From positions 1 through 22,681 of the forward strand of contig NW_021824187.1 in assembly GCF_006345805.1 (NCBI RefSeq): a DNA stretch of 22,681 nucleotides. Reading direction: 5' to 3'. The position numbers and the translations under genes were made by a program. How positions within the stretch are numbered: position 1 is the first letter of the stretch; each line of letters opens with the position of its first letter. This stretch comes from Octopus sinensis (taxonomy: Eukaryota). This document shows positions 20,655 to 22,681 of the stretch, in pieces. The notes under the pieces were generated by a model. That model worked only from the letters and a program-made list of their open reading frames with translations. It searched no databases and was not told the DNA's origin.

Positions 20655-20787
20655 ACAACCTTCTTTCAGTTTCCGTCGGCCCGAGGTTATAATTGAACAC
20701 ACTTGCCTAAGGTTCCACGCTGTGGGACTGAACCCGGCGCCACGTGGTTGGGAAGCTAGCTTCTTACCACATAGTCACGCCTGCGTC
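20655..20787 (-). mobile_element. SINE family B 5' half with a microhomology (gtc) internal deletion
   Basis: ttctttcagtttccgtc|ggcccgagg...cacttgcctaagg..gggactgaacccgg..cttaccacatagtcacgcctgcgtc. Confidence 0.85.
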
Positions 20788-20894
20788 TGCAATAAACGTT
20801 TGAATATATATTTTCTTTTGTTTTAATAAAACAATGGTTTCTGAGACACAATGCTAGCAATTTTGAAGACACGGGTTTACTAAATAACATACAC

Positions 20895-21038
20895 CCAAGT
20901 ACTTCATTTAATTTTTTTTATCTATCCCGAAAGGATGAAAGACAAAGTTGACCACGGTGGGATTCATCTCGGAATGCAAAAACCGAACCAAATACCACAA
21001 GGTATTTTTCACACGCTCTAAACGTCCCGCTACCTCGT
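20895..21038 (-). mobile_element. Old SINE family A copy
   Basis: agtact...cccgaaaggatgaaagacaaagttgaccacggtggga...aaatacc.. is the reverse complement of the family A body. Confidence 0.65.
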
Positions 21039-21337
21039 AGGTAATAAAATGAGTGTGACAACGTCTTGTGTAGGCGATGAAAAGAATTTAATAAACAATA
21101 TATTGGAAATAATTAAATATAATTCTCACGGTTTAAATAAATCATAAATTACTAACGTGGTTTATCATACGTCATAATAGTAATTATTTAATCTTGTTTT
21201 CTAAATTCGGTGCAATCGTTATAATGTAGTTATGTAATATACATACATATATATATACAAACATATAAACATGCATACAAACATAAACACATATATATGC
21301 AATATATACATATATAAATATATATATACAATATATA

Positions 21338-21383
<46 letters not shown>

Positions 21384-21565
21384 CATATATATATATGTTA
21401 GACACATATATATATATATATATGTATGTGTATACATATATATGTGTGTGTGTGTGTGGTAACAGTTACAACATGGTTATGCAACATACTTACATATGCC
21501 TATATATATATATATACATACATACATACATAGACACATGTATATGCATACATATACACATATAT

Positions 21566-21682
21566 ATCAAAATAAGCAGCAAGGACATCCAGAGGTAATG
21601 CAGTACGATCGTTTCGTGCAATTCTATTTAATTGAACAATCGTACTGCATTACCTCTGGATATCCTTGTGGCTTATTTTGAT
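21566..21682. repeat. Palindrome with ~44-bp arms centred on a hammerhead 3' half
   Basis: atcaaaataagcagcaaggacatccagaggtaatgcagtacgat ... atcgtactgcattacctctggatatccttgtggcttattttgat (3 mismatches). Confidence 0.92.
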
Positions 21683-21801
21683 TTTAATCACCTTACTTTG
21701 AGATTGTATGGATAATATCATACTAAATTCTGGTGCCCCATCTTAAGTACCATATTCATCTGAATCTAAATTTTTGCTGAACTCATATACATATATATAT
21801 A

Positions 21802-22677
21802 TGTGGTCTGATCAGTAAGCATCTGTGCTGTTGCTATAGAAACGAAGCCAAACCACGCGGCGTGAAGCCGCTTGGTACAGACTGATCTTGAACTCTTATT
21901 TGCATGCGCACTAAGTTTTAACGTTCTTGTTCCCTTCTGCTGTTTACAGCAGTGCTTGAAACGAACGTGTATAGCGTGTGATCATAGCATTGACCATAAC
22001 AGAGAAAGTTGAGCAGAGAATCTGCTTCAAATTTTGTCAAAAGCTTGGCGATAACTGCTCAAAGCCTTACGCAGATTAAAAATATTTTCATCGTTCTCGA
22101 CACAATGAAGGAGATCTTGTGCAGCTGAAACCCGAGTGTTCTTTTGGCCAGCTGAAAGCAGTTTTGGCACGAACTTGGCAGACACGTGCCTCATACTCAA
22201 ATCTTCAGTGATATTATATTGAAATGAACCGTAGCTAATTCTCTGCACAGATGGTGATTCAACGATTTCCCTTCAGAGCTGCACGCACATCAGCGATGTT
22301 CTTCTCAGTTTTGCTTGTTGCGGGTCTCCAAGAACGTTCGTCATTAACAACATTTTTCAACCATCTTGGAAACGTATGAACCACTCGTATACTTATGTGC
22401 AGCCCATACACTCCTCTCCATACACTTTCTCCTACTTTCCCTCGGCCTCTGAGCAGGTTTTGCCATGACAGCTTTCTCTGACATAGTCAATATCCCGATC
22501 ACATGCTACCCACGTTTCTTCCAGCCACTGCTGTTAACAGCAGAAGTGAGCTAGAAGGTTAAACTTAGTGCGCATGCACAACAGAGTTCAAGGTTAATTG
22601 TTGCCCAGCGCTTTCACACTGCGTGCTTTCGCTTCGTTACTACGGCAACATTCCAGATACTTGTTGATCAGACCTCG
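21802..22677. mobile_element. Non-autonomous mariner built from two inverted 5' ends (876 bp), TA at both flanks
   Basis: TIRs tgtggtctgatcagtaagcatctg / rc cgaggtctgatcaacaagtatctg; TA at 21800-01 and 22678-79. The + strand encodes TEKVEQRICFKFCQKLGDNCSKPYA. The - strand encodes GKTCSEA..KVYGEE..VYEWFIRFQDG..DERSWRPATS..ISYGSFQ..EDLSMRHVSAKFVPKLL. No DD34D domain present. Confidence 0.9.
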
Positions 22678-22681
22678 TATG

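Overview
AT-rich, microsatellite-saturated, repeat-dominated eukaryotic DNA with no host protein-coding exon that I can recognise. The repeat content (tRNA-headed SINEs, including a CORE-type family resembling my recollection of octopus OR2, plus Tx1/L1-like and RTE LINE relics, a mariner and Penelope-like pieces) suggests a coleoid cephalopod, probably Octopus; this is inference. Almost all listed ORFs are microsatellite translations. Real coding relics: the 5' half of an L1/Tx1-clade LINE (ORF1 with a decayed CCHC knuckle plus the AP endonuclease, 2345-5220), two L1/Tx1-like ORF2 C-termini, an RTE LINE 3' end, and a rearranged mariner. Best observations: (1) one SINE subfamily carries a 3' tail matching the 3' end of an L1/Tx1-like LINE in this window; (2) an intact minimal type I hammerhead ribozyme core at 19367-19409; (3) long palindromes whose axes sit on hammerhead-like stem II/GAAAC remnants; (4) a close inverted SINE pair that could form dsRNA; (5) nested insertions with clean target-site duplications; (6) a SINE-derived 205-bp tandem array; (7) a mariner built from two inverted 5' ends. 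Family names come from memory and need Dfam/Repbase confirmation.
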